Shown in pieces: positions 1-8,654 of a stretch of 64,000 nt of DNA (position 1 is its first letter; each line of letters starts with the position of its first letter). Location of the stretch: the NCBI GenBank assembly GCA_045803545.1, contig JBJMOW010000004.1:96001-160000 (forward strand), read 5' to 3'. The position numbers and the translations under genes are program-made. This DNA comes from Gemmatimonadaceae bacterium (GTDB taxonomy: Bacteria; Gemmatimonadota; Gemmatimonadetes; Gemmatimonadales; Gemmatimonadaceae). Under the pieces are notes generated by a model, which saw nothing but the letters and a program-made list of their open reading frames with translations, was not told the DNA's origin and searched no databases.

Positions 1-563
1 TACGTGTCGAGCTCGCTGACTTCGAGAATGACCTTGAGCTGAGCGTCGCCGCACGCTTCGACCACCGCGCTGATCTCGTCCTGCACCGCGCTGAACTCGC
101 CGGCGAGGAAGAGTCCGCGGTTGATCACCATATCGATCTCGTCGGCGCCGTCACCGACAGCAGTGCGCACCTCGCTTAAACGAAGCTCGAGCGGGCTCTG
201 CCCCGAGGGAAAGGAAGTCGCGACTGATGCGACTTTGATCGGCGTATCTGCAAGCCAACGCGCCGCGTGCTTTACCAGAAATGGGTAGATGCAAACCGCG
301 GCCACCGGCGGAACGTCCGGATCGGCGCTCGGGCGTCTCGCCTTCTGGCACAAGGAGGCGATCTTCCCGGGTGTATCCTTGCCCTCGAGCGTCGTGAGAT
401 CGACCATCGAGACGGCAGTTTTCAGCCCCCAGACCTTGGAGCCCTTCTTGATACTGCGTGTTGTGAACTTGGCGACTCGCTCCTCGATACCAACCTGATC
501 GACGGTACCGATCTCATCGAACAGTTTGCTGAAACTCGAGCGAATTGTCGCGGCAGTAGCCAT
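1..563 (-). CDS. deoC: deoxyribose-phosphate aldolase (5' part; runs off window start)
   Basis: Manual translation: MATAATIR...SMVDLTTLEGKDTPGKIASLCQKA...AAVCIYP...VASVATSFPSGQ...GADEIDMVINRG...LKVILE, typical DeoC motifs. Confidence 0.93.
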   Translation of the reverse strand, partial: MATAATIRSSFSKLFDEIGTVDQVGIEERVAKFTTRSIKKGSKVWGLKTAVSMVDLTTLEGKDTPGKIASLCQKARRPSADPDVPPVAAVCIYPFLVKHAARWLADTPIKVASVATSFPSGQSPLELRLSEVRTAVGDGADEIDMVINRGLFLAGEFSAVQDEISAVVEACGDAQLKVILEVSELDT

Positions 564-613
564 GGTTCTAATATTGTCTGCCGACTCAGGCATTACCAGT
601 TTACTTTGGCATA

Positions 614-1306
614 ATGGCCGACACACGCCCGTACGCTGTCCTGTTCGACCTCGACGGCACTCTCGTCGACTCGATCGCTTTACTGCTCGCGTCGATGCGC
701 CACACATTTCACGGCAGAGTGCGCCAGCCGACAGATGCCGAGTGGATCGAGGGAATCGGCACCCCGCTGCCCAAGCAGCTCACGCCCTACGTTGAGTCCG
801 ACGAGGATCGCGAGCGCCTCGTGAATCGCTATCGCACGTTCCAGATGGAGAATCACGACAAGCTGATGGCCCGCTATGAAGGCGTGATCGACACGCTCGC
901 CCTGCTCTATCAGCGTGGCCACCCGATGGGCATTGTCACCAGCAAAGGCAACTCGATGATGGAGCGCGGGCTCAAATTCATCGGCGCTGACGATTACATA
1001 GAAGTCGCGATTGGCTACGACTCCGTCCACATTCACAAACCGGATCCTTACCCGGTGAAAGCGGCACTCGAAAAACTCGAATACGGGGCCGACGAAGCTG
1101 TATTCGTCGGCGACTCGCCCCACGACGTCAAGTCAGGCAACGCCGCTGGCGTGATCACCATCGCAGCCCTTTGGGGGCCGTTCACAAAGTCCCAGCTGGC
1201 GCCGTTCAACCCCACCCATTTCCTCGATGACATCAAGCAGCTGCCGCCGCTGCTGGACCGGATAGCGGGAGCAGGGAGGGGACAGGCGGGAGGCGGTGAC
1301 CACTAA
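614..1306 (+). CDS. HAD-superfamily hydrolase (PpaX/Gph-like phosphatase)
   Basis: FDLDGTLVDS motif I, VTSK motif II, HKPDP and VGDSPHD motifs III/IV. Confidence 0.9.
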   Translation: MADTRPYAVLFDLDGTLVDSIALLLASMRHTFHGRVRQPTDAEWIEGIGTPLPKQLTPYVESDEDRERLVNRYRTFQMENHDKLMARYEGVIDTLALLYQRGHPMGIVTSKGNSMMERGLKFIGADDYIEVAIGYDSVHIHKPDPYPVKAALEKLEYGADEAVFVGDSPHDVKSGNAAGVITIAALWGPFTKSQLAPFNPTHFLDDIKQLPPLLDRIAGAGRGQAGGGDH

Positions 1307-1377
1307 GCGGCGACGACTAGACGCGATTCCTTCCCTCCCCGCTTCCCGCTTCCCTCATCCCGCTGTCCCCTCCCGCA
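1265..1377. repeat. heptamer-periodic GGGAGGC/CTTCCCG imperfect palindrome overlapping the HAD stop codon
   Basis: Purine-rich left arm (gggaggggacaggcgggagg) and pyrimidine-rich right arm (cccgcttcccgcttccc...tcccgctgtcccctccc). Confidence 0.7.
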
Positions 1378-1435
1378 CTTCGCGTCCCGAGCGGGGTAAT
1401 ATATTTCGCACGTTTGACCTCTCAGGAGTTACTCA

Positions 1436-2107
1436 ATGGGTGTTTCGTATCAGACCGGTACTCTAGTCCGGACCGGCGAGGAAAGAGCGACGCTAGTTCG
1501 GCGCACTTATGCGCTGGTTCTGGTAAGTGTGATCGTGACAATGGTGGGAGCGTCTTTCGCGCTGTCTCAGCCGCGACTCCTTCAGGCTGTCATCGAGCAT
1601 CCGTGGCTCGCCCTCATCGCCGCGTTCGTGCCGCTCTTCGCGGCGTCCGCGAAAAAAACCGATTTCCCGTTCAACATCGGCCTCGTGCTGACGTTCAACT
1701 TCGTGATGGGCGTCATCATCTCGCCGGCGTTGTACTTCTCCGAGAGATCGCAGCCAGGTTTGATTGGTCAGGCCGCCGTTCTGACTCTTGGCGCGTTCGG
1801 CATTCTCACGCTCTATGCTTTCGTCAGCCGTCGCGATTTCAGCCCGTGGGGCAGCTTCCTGATGGTCGGCCTCTGGGTGCTGATCGGCACTTCGTTGCTG
1901 AATCTTTTTTTCCAGAACGCAATCGTCGGTACGTGGCTCGCCTCGGTAACAGTGCTGCTCTTCAGCGGCCTGCTCGTCTTCGACACCTGGCGCCTCCGCA
2001 ACTTCTATGGACCCGACGAGTACGTCGGCGCCGCCGTCCAGATTTATCTGGATCTGCTGAACATCTTCATGGCGATACTGCGCGTGATGTCGAACCGTAG
2101 GAACTGA
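1436..2107 (+). CDS. Bax inhibitor-1/YccA family membrane protein
   Basis: About 7 hydrophobic segments; FDTWRL and IYLDLLNIF motifs; SD aggag upstream. Confidence 0.92.
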   Translation: MGVSYQTGTLVRTGEERATLVRRTYALVLVSVIVTMVGASFALSQPRLLQAVIEHPWLALIAAFVPLFAASAKKTDFPFNIGLVLTFNFVMGVIISPALYFSERSQPGLIGQAAVLTLGAFGILTLYAFVSRRDFSPWGSFLMVGLWVLIGTSLLNLFFQNAIVGTWLASVTVLLFSGLLVFDTWRLRNFYGPDEYVGAAVQIYLDLLNIFMAILRVMSNRRN

Positions 2108-2327
2108 GGACTGCGGACTTTAACTGATAACGACCTCGCTATTAGCTGATAGCAGCAGGCTGTTAGCTGATGGCTGCCTGCGTAGGGACAGAACTCTAGG
2201 CATAAAAGCGAACATAACGCCTTTCCTCCGACTCAAGCGCGATCTGTCCCGTCGCTTGCAGCGACTAGCTATTAGCGAGCTGCTATCAGCTACTAGCGAG
2301 GTCGTTGTCACTTGAGTCCGCAGTCCT
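2107..2327. repeat. ~220-bp palindromic MITE/REP-like element, copy 1
   Basis: 13-bp perfect terminal IR (aggactgcggact/agtccgcagtcct); 27/28-bp inner IR 2129-2156 vs 2279-2306; homologous to 59111-59325. Confidence 0.85.
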
Positions 2328-2613
2328 ATCTCTCTGCCAACCGCTCCATCTGCTTAGCAAGATCAAGATCGCTTTGAGTTATCCCGCCAGCGGAGTGTGT
2401 GCTAAGCGAGCACACTATCTTCGTGTACCGGATATCGAGGTCCGGGTGGTGGTCCGCAGCTTCCGCCGCTTTCGCGACGGCGACCACGAAATCGATCCCG
2501 GCCATGAACGTCCGGAACTGATAAGTCTTCGTGATCACATCACCACGCCGGCTCCAGCCCGGCAGGTTTCCGAGCTCACGCTGAATTGCAATGTCAGATA
2601 AACGATCAGCCAT
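2326..2613 (-). CDS. pterin-4-alpha-carbinolamine dehydratase (PhhB-like)
   Basis: AEAADHHPDLDIRY and LSTHSAGGITQSDLDLA signature; start set at MADRLS. Confidence 0.92.
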   Translation of the reverse strand: MADRLSDIAIQRELGNLPGWSRRGDVITKTYQFRTFMAGIDFVVAVAKAAEAADHHPDLDIRYTKIVCSLSTHSAGGITQSDLDLAKQMERLAER

Positions 2614-3268
2614 CGATGCACCGCCCGGCGTGAAAGGCACGGAGTCCAAGATACGTTTGCATAAGCGACGCGCAATCGCTGCATTTGCCGTCGTGATCGG
2701 CGCGGCATCGATGCCGACTCGATTGGCCGCACAGCTGTCGCCCTATTCTGCAACTTCCAGTCAACCGAGCGGCTATTGGTCCAAGGTCGCCATCGGTTTT
2801 GGAATCAGCCTTCTCGCACACGAGAGTGCGCACATCCTCAGCTCACTGGCAATGGGATTCCAGCCGTCAGTGGGGTTCGATCACGGCCGGCCCACCGTAT
2901 ACTCGGGCATCGACAGCCAAAAGTATCCGCACAAGCAGTTCATTTTCTCGGCCTCCGGCCTCACCACCCAGGCATTGATCGACGAGTTGATTCTCGACGT
3001 ACCGCACTCGCGGGGCGGCGCGATCGAGCGCGGCATTCTTGCCGGAGGAATCGGCACGACGCTGTTTTACATCACCATCGGCCGCAACGGCTCAGTGAGT
3101 GACGTGAGCTTCATGTCCCGCATGTCTCACATGTCGAAGACCCAGATCTCACTCATTTTCGGCGGGGTCAACGCGATCCACGCCTTTAGAATCTCGCGTG
3201 ATCCGGAGTTCGATCATTTCTTCGTCGCGCCGTCTGGGGATGGAGCGCGGATAGGGCTGCGCTTCTAA
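2591..3268 (+). CDS. hypothetical exported/membrane protein with an HExxH motif (true start probably downstream)
   Basis: Signal-like segment, LLAHESAH in hydrophobic context, C-terminal F. Confidence 0.6.
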   Translation: MSDKRSAIDAPPGVKGTESKIRLHKRRAIAAFAVVIGAASMPTRLAAQLSPYSATSSQPSGYWSKVAIGFGISLLAHESAHILSSLAMGFQPSVGFDHGRPTVYSGIDSQKYPHKQFIFSASGLTTQALIDELILDVPHSRGGAIERGILAGGIGTTLFYITIGRNGSVSDVSFMSRMSHMSKTQISLIFGGVNAIHAFRISRDPEFDHFFVAPSGDGARIGLRF

Positions 3269-3349
3269 TCCGAAGCGCGTACGTATCTCGAGAAGGCGGT
3301 GGGCGATCCTTACGCTGGCGGCCCAAGCCGTTTCGGTCTATATTCGGGT

Positions 3350-4432
3350 ATGGCCAAGCTCAACGAAACCGGCCTTTTCGGCGAAGCCTACGAGCGCCAA
3401 TCGCGCCAACTCCCTGTCATCGGCGAGCAGAAGGACATCCGCTACTACGCTTCGCCGGCCAGGAGCGTGCTCAATGGACCCGAGACAACGGGGATGGGCT
3501 TCTGGTCGATCAATCCGTACATCGGCTGCGCTTTCGGCTGCGCCTACTGCTATGCGCGCTACACCCATCGCTGGGTGATGGAGCGCGCTGCGGACGATCA
3601 TAGGATGGTGCAGGAGCTCGGCGATGCGTACAACAAACTGCCACCGTGGCTCGCGTTCGAGCGAAACATCTTCGTCAAGAAAAACGCGCCCGAGGTCTTG
3701 AGCAGGACCCTTCGCTTCGGCAGTGATCGGCACCTCCGCTTACTCGAAGGCGAGACTATCGTCGTCGGCACCGCTACGGATCCGTATCAACCCGCCGAGC
3801 GCAGATTCCGCGTCACTCGCGGGATACTGGAAGTTCTCGCCGATCATCCGGGATTGTCGGTGACTATCATCACCAAGAGTCCGCTGATCACGCGGGACAT
3901 CGACTTGCTGTCGCGAATCAATAGACACTCGGATCTGTCGATTCACATTTCGTTGATCACACTCGACCGCGATCTTGCTCGACGCATCGAGCCGCGCGCG
4001 CCGACACCTGAATCACGAGTGCGTGCGCTGTCGCGGTTGCGCGAGGCCGGCATCGACGCCGGCATCAACTGCATGCCGGTTCTTCCCGGCATCACCGACA
4101 ATCCATCGGATCTGGAAGCCCTTGTGAAGCGTGTCGCCGAGGCGGGCGCGACGTATGTCGGGGCGTGCGCGGTGAGATTGAAGGCGGCAGCGAAGAAGCG
4201 CTATTTACCGTTCATCGAGCAGGAGTTTCCGCACCTCGCTGAGCGATATCGCAATACTTACGGCAACAGCGCTTATGCTGGCGAGAAGTATCGCGAGGGC
4301 CTGGCGCGTTTCTTCGACAAAATCACCGCGAAGTACGGAGTGCGCGGCTGGTCAGCGCGCGATGATGAGGACGAAGGGGACGAGGCGCTTGGTGCGCTCG
4401 TCCCCTCGATGCAACTCAGCTTCGATTTGTAA
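3350..4432 (+). CDS. radical SAM protein, SplB/Rv2578c-like
   Basis: INPYIGCAFGCAYCYA (CxxxCxxC), GTATDPYQPAE, IITKS, PVLPGITD. Confidence 0.9.
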   Translation: MAKLNETGLFGEAYERQSRQLPVIGEQKDIRYYASPARSVLNGPETTGMGFWSINPYIGCAFGCAYCYARYTHRWVMERAADDHRMVQELGDAYNKLPPWLAFERNIFVKKNAPEVLSRTLRFGSDRHLRLLEGETIVVGTATDPYQPAERRFRVTRGILEVLADHPGLSVTIITKSPLITRDIDLLSRINRHSDLSIHISLITLDRDLARRIEPRAPTPESRVRALSRLREAGIDAGINCMPVLPGITDNPSDLEALVKRVAEAGATYVGACAVRLKAAAKKRYLPFIEQEFPHLAERYRNTYGNSAYAGEKYREGLARFFDKITAKYGVRGWSARDDEDEGDEALGALVPSMQLSFDL

Positions 4433-4452
4433 GCGAACCTACCAAGAGCTAA

Positions 4453-4863
4453 TCAGCCAGCTTTCTTAGCGGCTGCTTTTCTGTGGGCCTTTGCCGCCGA
4501 AGCGTGCTCTTTATGCTCGGTCTTCGTGCTCTCCCCTTCCGCTGCTGCTTCGGTAGCCATGCCGCCACCGGCGGTGGCAGTGCCGCCCGCAGGTGCTGCC
4601 GGCGCATTGTCGTTCGGCCCGAAGCCAATGTTCATCGCCTGAAGCAGCGCCGACGCGTTGTTCGCAGAATTGAATTTCTTGGCGCACGTCGCGATCGCGC
4701 GACGCGTCTGCGGACCGTAGTGGCCGTCAACGTTAGTCACTCCGCATCCCTGGTCACGGAGCTCTTGCTGCAGTGCGAGGAACTGGATTCGGTTGAGGCC
4801 AGCCTGAGCAGAAGCCAGGGCTGGGACAGCCATTAACGCGATTACAGCGATGGTCTTCTTCAT
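4453..4863 (-). CDS. secreted protein with peptidoglycan-binding domain and Ala/Lys-rich tail
   Basis: Signal peptide ending ASA; LQQELRDQG..VDGHYGPQTRRAI motif; SD ggagg. Confidence 0.8.
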   Translation of the reverse strand: MKKTIAVIALMAVPALASAQAGLNRIQFLALQQELRDQGCGVTNVDGHYGPQTRRAIATCAKKFNSANNASALLQAMNIGFGPNDNAPAAPAGGTATAGGGMATEAAAEGESTKTEHKEHASAAKAHRKAAAKKAG

Positions 4864-4924
4864 ACCTAAAACGCCTCCGATCAGGATTGGTCTCTACTTA
4901 AACAGTAAAGAGTTGCCGTGCAGT

Positions 4925-4940
4925 TGCAAGGTCTACGCCG
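4925..4940 (-). promoter_or_regulatory. putative sigma54 -24/-12 promoter
   Basis: Minus strand CGGCGTAGACCTTGCA = GG-N10-GC with TTGCA. Confidence 0.5.
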
Positions 4941-5001
4941 GTTGCGGAACTCTCGCAGCAATGTCTACGCCGCACTTCGAGATTTCACTGCTGAAGTTGA
5001 C

Positions 5002-5038
5002 AAAAAAACGCCCGGCTTTCAAGAAGCCGGGCGTTTTT
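5002..5038. terminator. intrinsic terminator (A and T tracts on both sides)
   Basis: aaaaaaa-cgcccggctt-tcaag-aagccgggcg-ttttt. Confidence 0.85.
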
Positions 5039-5059
5039 GCTCAGGAGAAAAACGGAGTT

Positions 5060-5485
5060 TTAACGAAGAGCCTGGATGATCAAAGCTCCAACTGCCAGCA
5101 ATGCGACGCCGATTGCGATCGCCGCCACAGGCGTGATCTGCTGCTGCTTCCACCAGCTGTTGGCGGTGCCAGGGGTATCAGGCAACGAGGCCATGATACG
5201 CTGCTGTACACCAACCGGAGTCACGCGCCGGCGGAGCATTTCGCTCTCGGCGTTGATTCGCGTCCAAAGCTCAACCTTCGACTTGCCCTCGACTTCGCTG
5301 GCGCGCATGACATCGACTTCACCGTCGAGCCAATCGTGCAGCAAGCTGTGTGCGGTCGAAGATCCACTGAGGGGAACTTCGCGGTCGTAGAGCGGCTCAG
5401 CGGGCTTGTTGTTGTCCCGTCTGATGCCCTGCTCGCGACCAGTGATTTTGTCGTTTCTTTCGAACCCAGCGTCGTCAAACATCAT
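5060..5485 (-). CDS. putative membrane-anchored anti-sigma factor
   Basis: ATGA overlap with ECF sigma gene; LHDWLDGE motif; C-terminal TM helix. Confidence 0.65.
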   Translation of the reverse strand: MMFDDAGFERNDKITGREQGIRRDNNKPAEPLYDREVPLSGSSTAHSLLHDWLDGEVDVMRASEVEGKSKVELWTRINAESEMLRRRVTPVGVQQRIMASLPDTPGTANSWWKQQQITPVAAIAIGVALLAVGALIIQALR

Positions 5486-6093
5486 GCGTACTTCTCCTCG
5501 AGCAGTTGTTGGAGCGCCTCTCGCGCCCGATGCACTCGCATCTTTAGCGCGCCAACCGTTGTTTCCAGTAACAGCGCCATCTCTTCGTACGACCTTCCCT
5601 CGACGTGCTTCATAACGAATGCTTCACGCAGCGAGGGAGCCAACCGTGCAAGTGCAACTTGTAGATCAGTCCGCAGTTCATTGCGGTCCATCTCTTCTTC
5701 CGGCGTCGAGTACGTCGAGGGCTGATCGTCCTCGTCATAACTCACGTGCGTACGCCGAATGTTTTTCAGCCAATCTTTGCAACTATTTGCGACGATTCGG
5801 AAAACCCAGGCATCAAATCGACCGCGAACTTCGCCCAGATGCTGATAGGCTTTTATAAAAGACGCTTGGAGTATGTCTTCCGCCACATCCGGGCTTCCGG
5901 TCATCCCAAGTGCATGTCGGTACAAGGGATCACTGTAGCGAGTAATCAGTATCCCAAACGAATCCTTGTGACCCGCCAGAACCTTGGAGATAACCTCCTG
6001 ATCGGCGTCGACTTGCGGCACCCCGTCGGCCGGGTTCGAACCCCCGGACCCAAGTCCCTGAGCACCTTCATTTTGCAGCGGCGTGGCTGTCAT
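5482..6093 (-). CDS. ECF RNA polymerase sigma factor
   Basis: AEDILQASFIKAY, FDAWVFRIVAN (region 2); GRSYEEMA..TVGALKMRVHRAR (region 4). Confidence 0.93.
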   Translation of the reverse strand: MTATPLQNEGAQGLGSGGSNPADGVPQVDADQEVISKVLAGHKDSFGILITRYSDPLYRHALGMTGSPDVAEDILQASFIKAYQHLGEVRGRFDAWVFRIVANSCKDWLKNIRRTHVSYDEDDQPSTYSTPEEEMDRNELRTDLQVALARLAPSLREAFVMKHVEGRSYEEMALLLETTVGALKMRVHRAREALQQLLEEKYA

Positions 6094-6212
6094 TTTCACC
6101 TGCCTAGTGTAACCCCTTTGCCACCGCCTGTATAGGGTCAAATGGCGTTGGGATAACACCTTATCACCGTTACAAGGCACTGACGAACGAGCCTTCGTGG
6201 AAGCAACCAAGT

Positions 6213-7241
6213 TTACCGAAGACGCACCATGTAGAGGTGCTCCTGGGCAAAATCCCGGTGGTATTTCCGACCCTCGTGATCGCTGTCAGCCCGGTATCGA
6301 CGGTAGCGTTGGGTGAAGTGGGAAACCCTGCCGTCGACGGCTGCTTTTCTTAGCAAAGTCTCCAGGGTTTCGGGGTCGAGATGACCCTCCGAGTTGAAGC
6401 TCACCAGCGCATGACGCGCACCACTCTCCGACAAAAGTCCCGCGAACAACTTCTGGACGCGCCGGCCGTGAGACCACTGACTTCGCCCCTCGTCGCCAGC
6501 CAGCAGTCCCACCTTGCCACGAATCGCCGGATCTCCGTCGGACCAACCCCGGGCAAGGATCTCCGGGATGTGATAGTAGGCGACGTACTGCCGCGAATTG
6601 TACGGCGGATCGATGTATATGAGATCGACCTCGCCGATCGCACGTGCCGCATCAGCCGCATCCATGAGATGAGCGACCGCGGGTCTGCCCCGCACCGGTG
6701 CGTCGACGCTGACTGAGAACGCTCGCCTCGCGTTCGGCTGCCAACGCTTCATGTACGAAGCGTACACTCCGGCGGTGTTCGCAACGCGATCGGCTCCCTC
6801 GATGATCCCCGCCAGCAGCAGAAAATAAGCGTCTTCCCTGACCGCGCCCGACTTGCGCCATCGCTCGAGCTCTTCCCGCGCCGCGTCGATCCGCGCCGCA
6901 TTCTCGACAGTGAAGTACATCCTGCCCGCGCTCGCAACGCCACCGGCTGGAGTGAAATGCGTGCTGATGAAACCCTCGTGAGGTGTCACATGTGAAAGCA
7001 CGAGCGCCTTCTCGTTGAGTGAAGGGTCAGCGCAATCGGCAACTACATAGGCGCGCTGGAACACGTAGGACGACATCAGCAGGTCGCTACTATATACCTG
7101 CCAACCCTTCTCCTTCAGTGCGCGGCTGACACTGGCGGTACCGGCAAACGCATCGTGGACTGCGCCCGCACCGATGCCTTCCTTCTCGAGCGTACGCAGG
7201 ATGAACGGAAGCAGGCGCGTTTTGTTGCCGATGTACCTCAT
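6213..7241 (-). CDS. DNA adenine methyltransferase (D12 class), orphan
   Basis: MRYIGNK, DAFAGTASVS SAM-binding motif, IYIDPPYN catalytic motif. Confidence 0.9.
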   Translation of the reverse strand: MRYIGNKTRLLPFILRTLEKEGIGAGAVHDAFAGTASVSRALKEKGWQVYSSDLLMSSYVFQRAYVVADCADPSLNEKALVLSHVTPHEGFISTHFTPAGGVASAGRMYFTVENAARIDAAREELERWRKSGAVREDAYFLLLAGIIEGADRVANTAGVYASYMKRWQPNARRAFSVSVDAPVRGRPAVAHLMDAADAARAIGEVDLIYIDPPYNSRQYVAYYHIPEILARGWSDGDPAIRGKVGLLAGDEGRSQWSHGRRVQKLFAGLLSESGARHALVSFNSEGHLDPETLETLLRKAAVDGRVSHFTQRYRRYRADSDHEGRKYHRDFAQEHLYMVRLR

Positions 7242-7246
7242 GATGC

Positions 7247-7277
7247 AAAAAGGGGCGAGGTTGTTCGCCTCGCCCCT
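7247..7277 (-). terminator. intrinsic terminator after the SGNH lipoprotein gene
   Basis: Minus strand AGGGGCGAGG-cgaacaa-CCTCGCCCCT followed by a T tract. Confidence 0.8.
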
Positions 7278-7299
7278 CGGATACGATGTTAAACCGATA

Positions 7300-8586
7300 T
7301 CACGGACAAACCTGCGCCGGCGTCAAGACTGGTTGCGTGAGGCCAGGAATGGCAAACGAGTACGTCGAGTTCAAGGCAGCGGCAGCCGCGTTGGTCATCT
7401 CCTGATAGCCCGTTGAGTTGGGATGCACACCATCGAGACTCGTATACTGCCCGTAGGGGAGAGTGCACGTAAGCAATTTGCTGAGACTAAACGGTCCACG
7501 GGCCGCGACCCATTGCGCCCACACCGTGGCGAAGTCCACGTACGCCCATCCGTTCTGTTGTGCGACGGCCTGAATGTGGGTGTTCATTCCATCGATGACG
7601 GTGTTCACCGTCTGTACGTCCGCGGGCGTCAGAATAAAGTCCTGCTGACCAGGTTGGTCGGTGCAGCTGAAGTTCTGCGGCTGACCAGTTGCCTGCGCAG
7701 CGCCGACTGCGTTAATGACCTTGATCGGAACGAAAATCGAATTTGGACTGCCCTGACAATCCGGGTTGACGATCACACCAAAGGCCTGGAACTCGGCGCG
7801 ATCCTGATATAGCTCGTCACCAGTTCGTATCGACACGAATCCAGTCGTCTTCGGAACTCCGGCAAGCAATGCTTTGGCGCCGGTTTTCTTCACGCTGTCG
7901 ATCAGCTGGTCATAGACAGGCTGCCAGACAGTGTTTGGTACGAACGTGCCGGCCGCCGCTGCTCCGCGATATCCGGCCTTGGGGAACAGTAATCCCGATG
8001 CAACGCCCAGGACTTCGTTAGCACCTAGCTCCACGGACACCAGCGTCGGGTGCTGCTGCATCATCGCCGTCACCTGAGTCGTCTTCGGCGGTAGCACCAG
8101 ACGATACTGACGGCGACGTTTGACGCCTTCCACCGAGGCAGTCTCCGGTGTGACGTAAAGTGCGTCGTAGGTGTTCGCTCCATCGATCGCTACGTCGTTC
8201 GCCGGTAAAGTGATCGAGCCGAAAAGAGCGCACGTCGTGTCGGGAATGCTCTTCGTTTGATCTGAGCCGGTACCGCTCGCTGGAATCCCACTCAGGCGCC
8301 TGTTGAACTGCAACGGCGCAATGAGAGGGGAGAAGCAACCTGGCGGCGCCACCAGTGGTTGCGTGTACGAAGCAAAAGCCTGGTGAGCGAGAAGCGCGGT
8401 CCAATCGTGTTGCTGACTGAAGTAGACGACGCCGTCAGACTGGACTCCCATGCTGAGGCTGGTGCCGATCGCGACGTACTTGCTGAACGCTTCTTGTCCC
8501 GCCGGTCCCGTTGTCCTGTCCTCACTACAGGCGACAAGGGCTATAGATGCAAGTGCGATAGCGGAGAGAGACCACGTACGCTTCAT
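7300..8586 (-). CDS. SGNH/GDSL-family hydrolase lipoprotein
   Basis: Lipobox LVAC; AIGTSLSMG block I, ELGANE block III, SLDGVHPN block V. Confidence 0.85.
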   Translation of the reverse strand: MKRTWSLSAIALASIALVACSEDRTTGPAGQEAFSKYVAIGTSLSMGVQSDGVVYFSQQHDWTALLAHQAFASYTQPLVAPPGCFSPLIAPLQFNRRLSGIPASGTGSDQTKSIPDTTCALFGSITLPANDVAIDGANTYDALYVTPETASVEGVKRRRQYRLVLPPKTTQVTAMMQQHPTLVSVELGANEVLGVASGLLFPKAGYRGAAAAGTFVPNTVWQPVYDQLIDSVKKTGAKALLAGVPKTTGFVSIRTGDELYQDRAEFQAFGVIVNPDCQGSPNSIFVPIKVINAVGAAQATGQPQNFSCTDQPGQQDFILTPADVQTVNTVIDGMNTHIQAVAQQNGWAYVDFATVWAQWVAARGPFSLSKLLTCTLPYGQYTSLDGVHPNSTGYQEMTNAAAAALNSTYSFAIPGLTQPVLTPAQVCP

Positions 8587-8654
8587 AACTCGTCCTTAAA
8601 GAATGGAAACAAAGACTGCGGTGGGGGCCGGAAACAGGCGGCTGATAATATCTG

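Noticed and set aside
2107..2327. CRISPR array, or the 63-aa and 98-aa ORFs over the repeat
   Set aside because: The repeats are inverted, not direct repeats with unique spacers; no cas genes; the ORFs are shadows of the palindrome and the dehydratase gene
6213..7241. Restriction-modification or defence island
   Set aside because: No nuclease, specificity subunit or mobility gene flanks the methyltransferase
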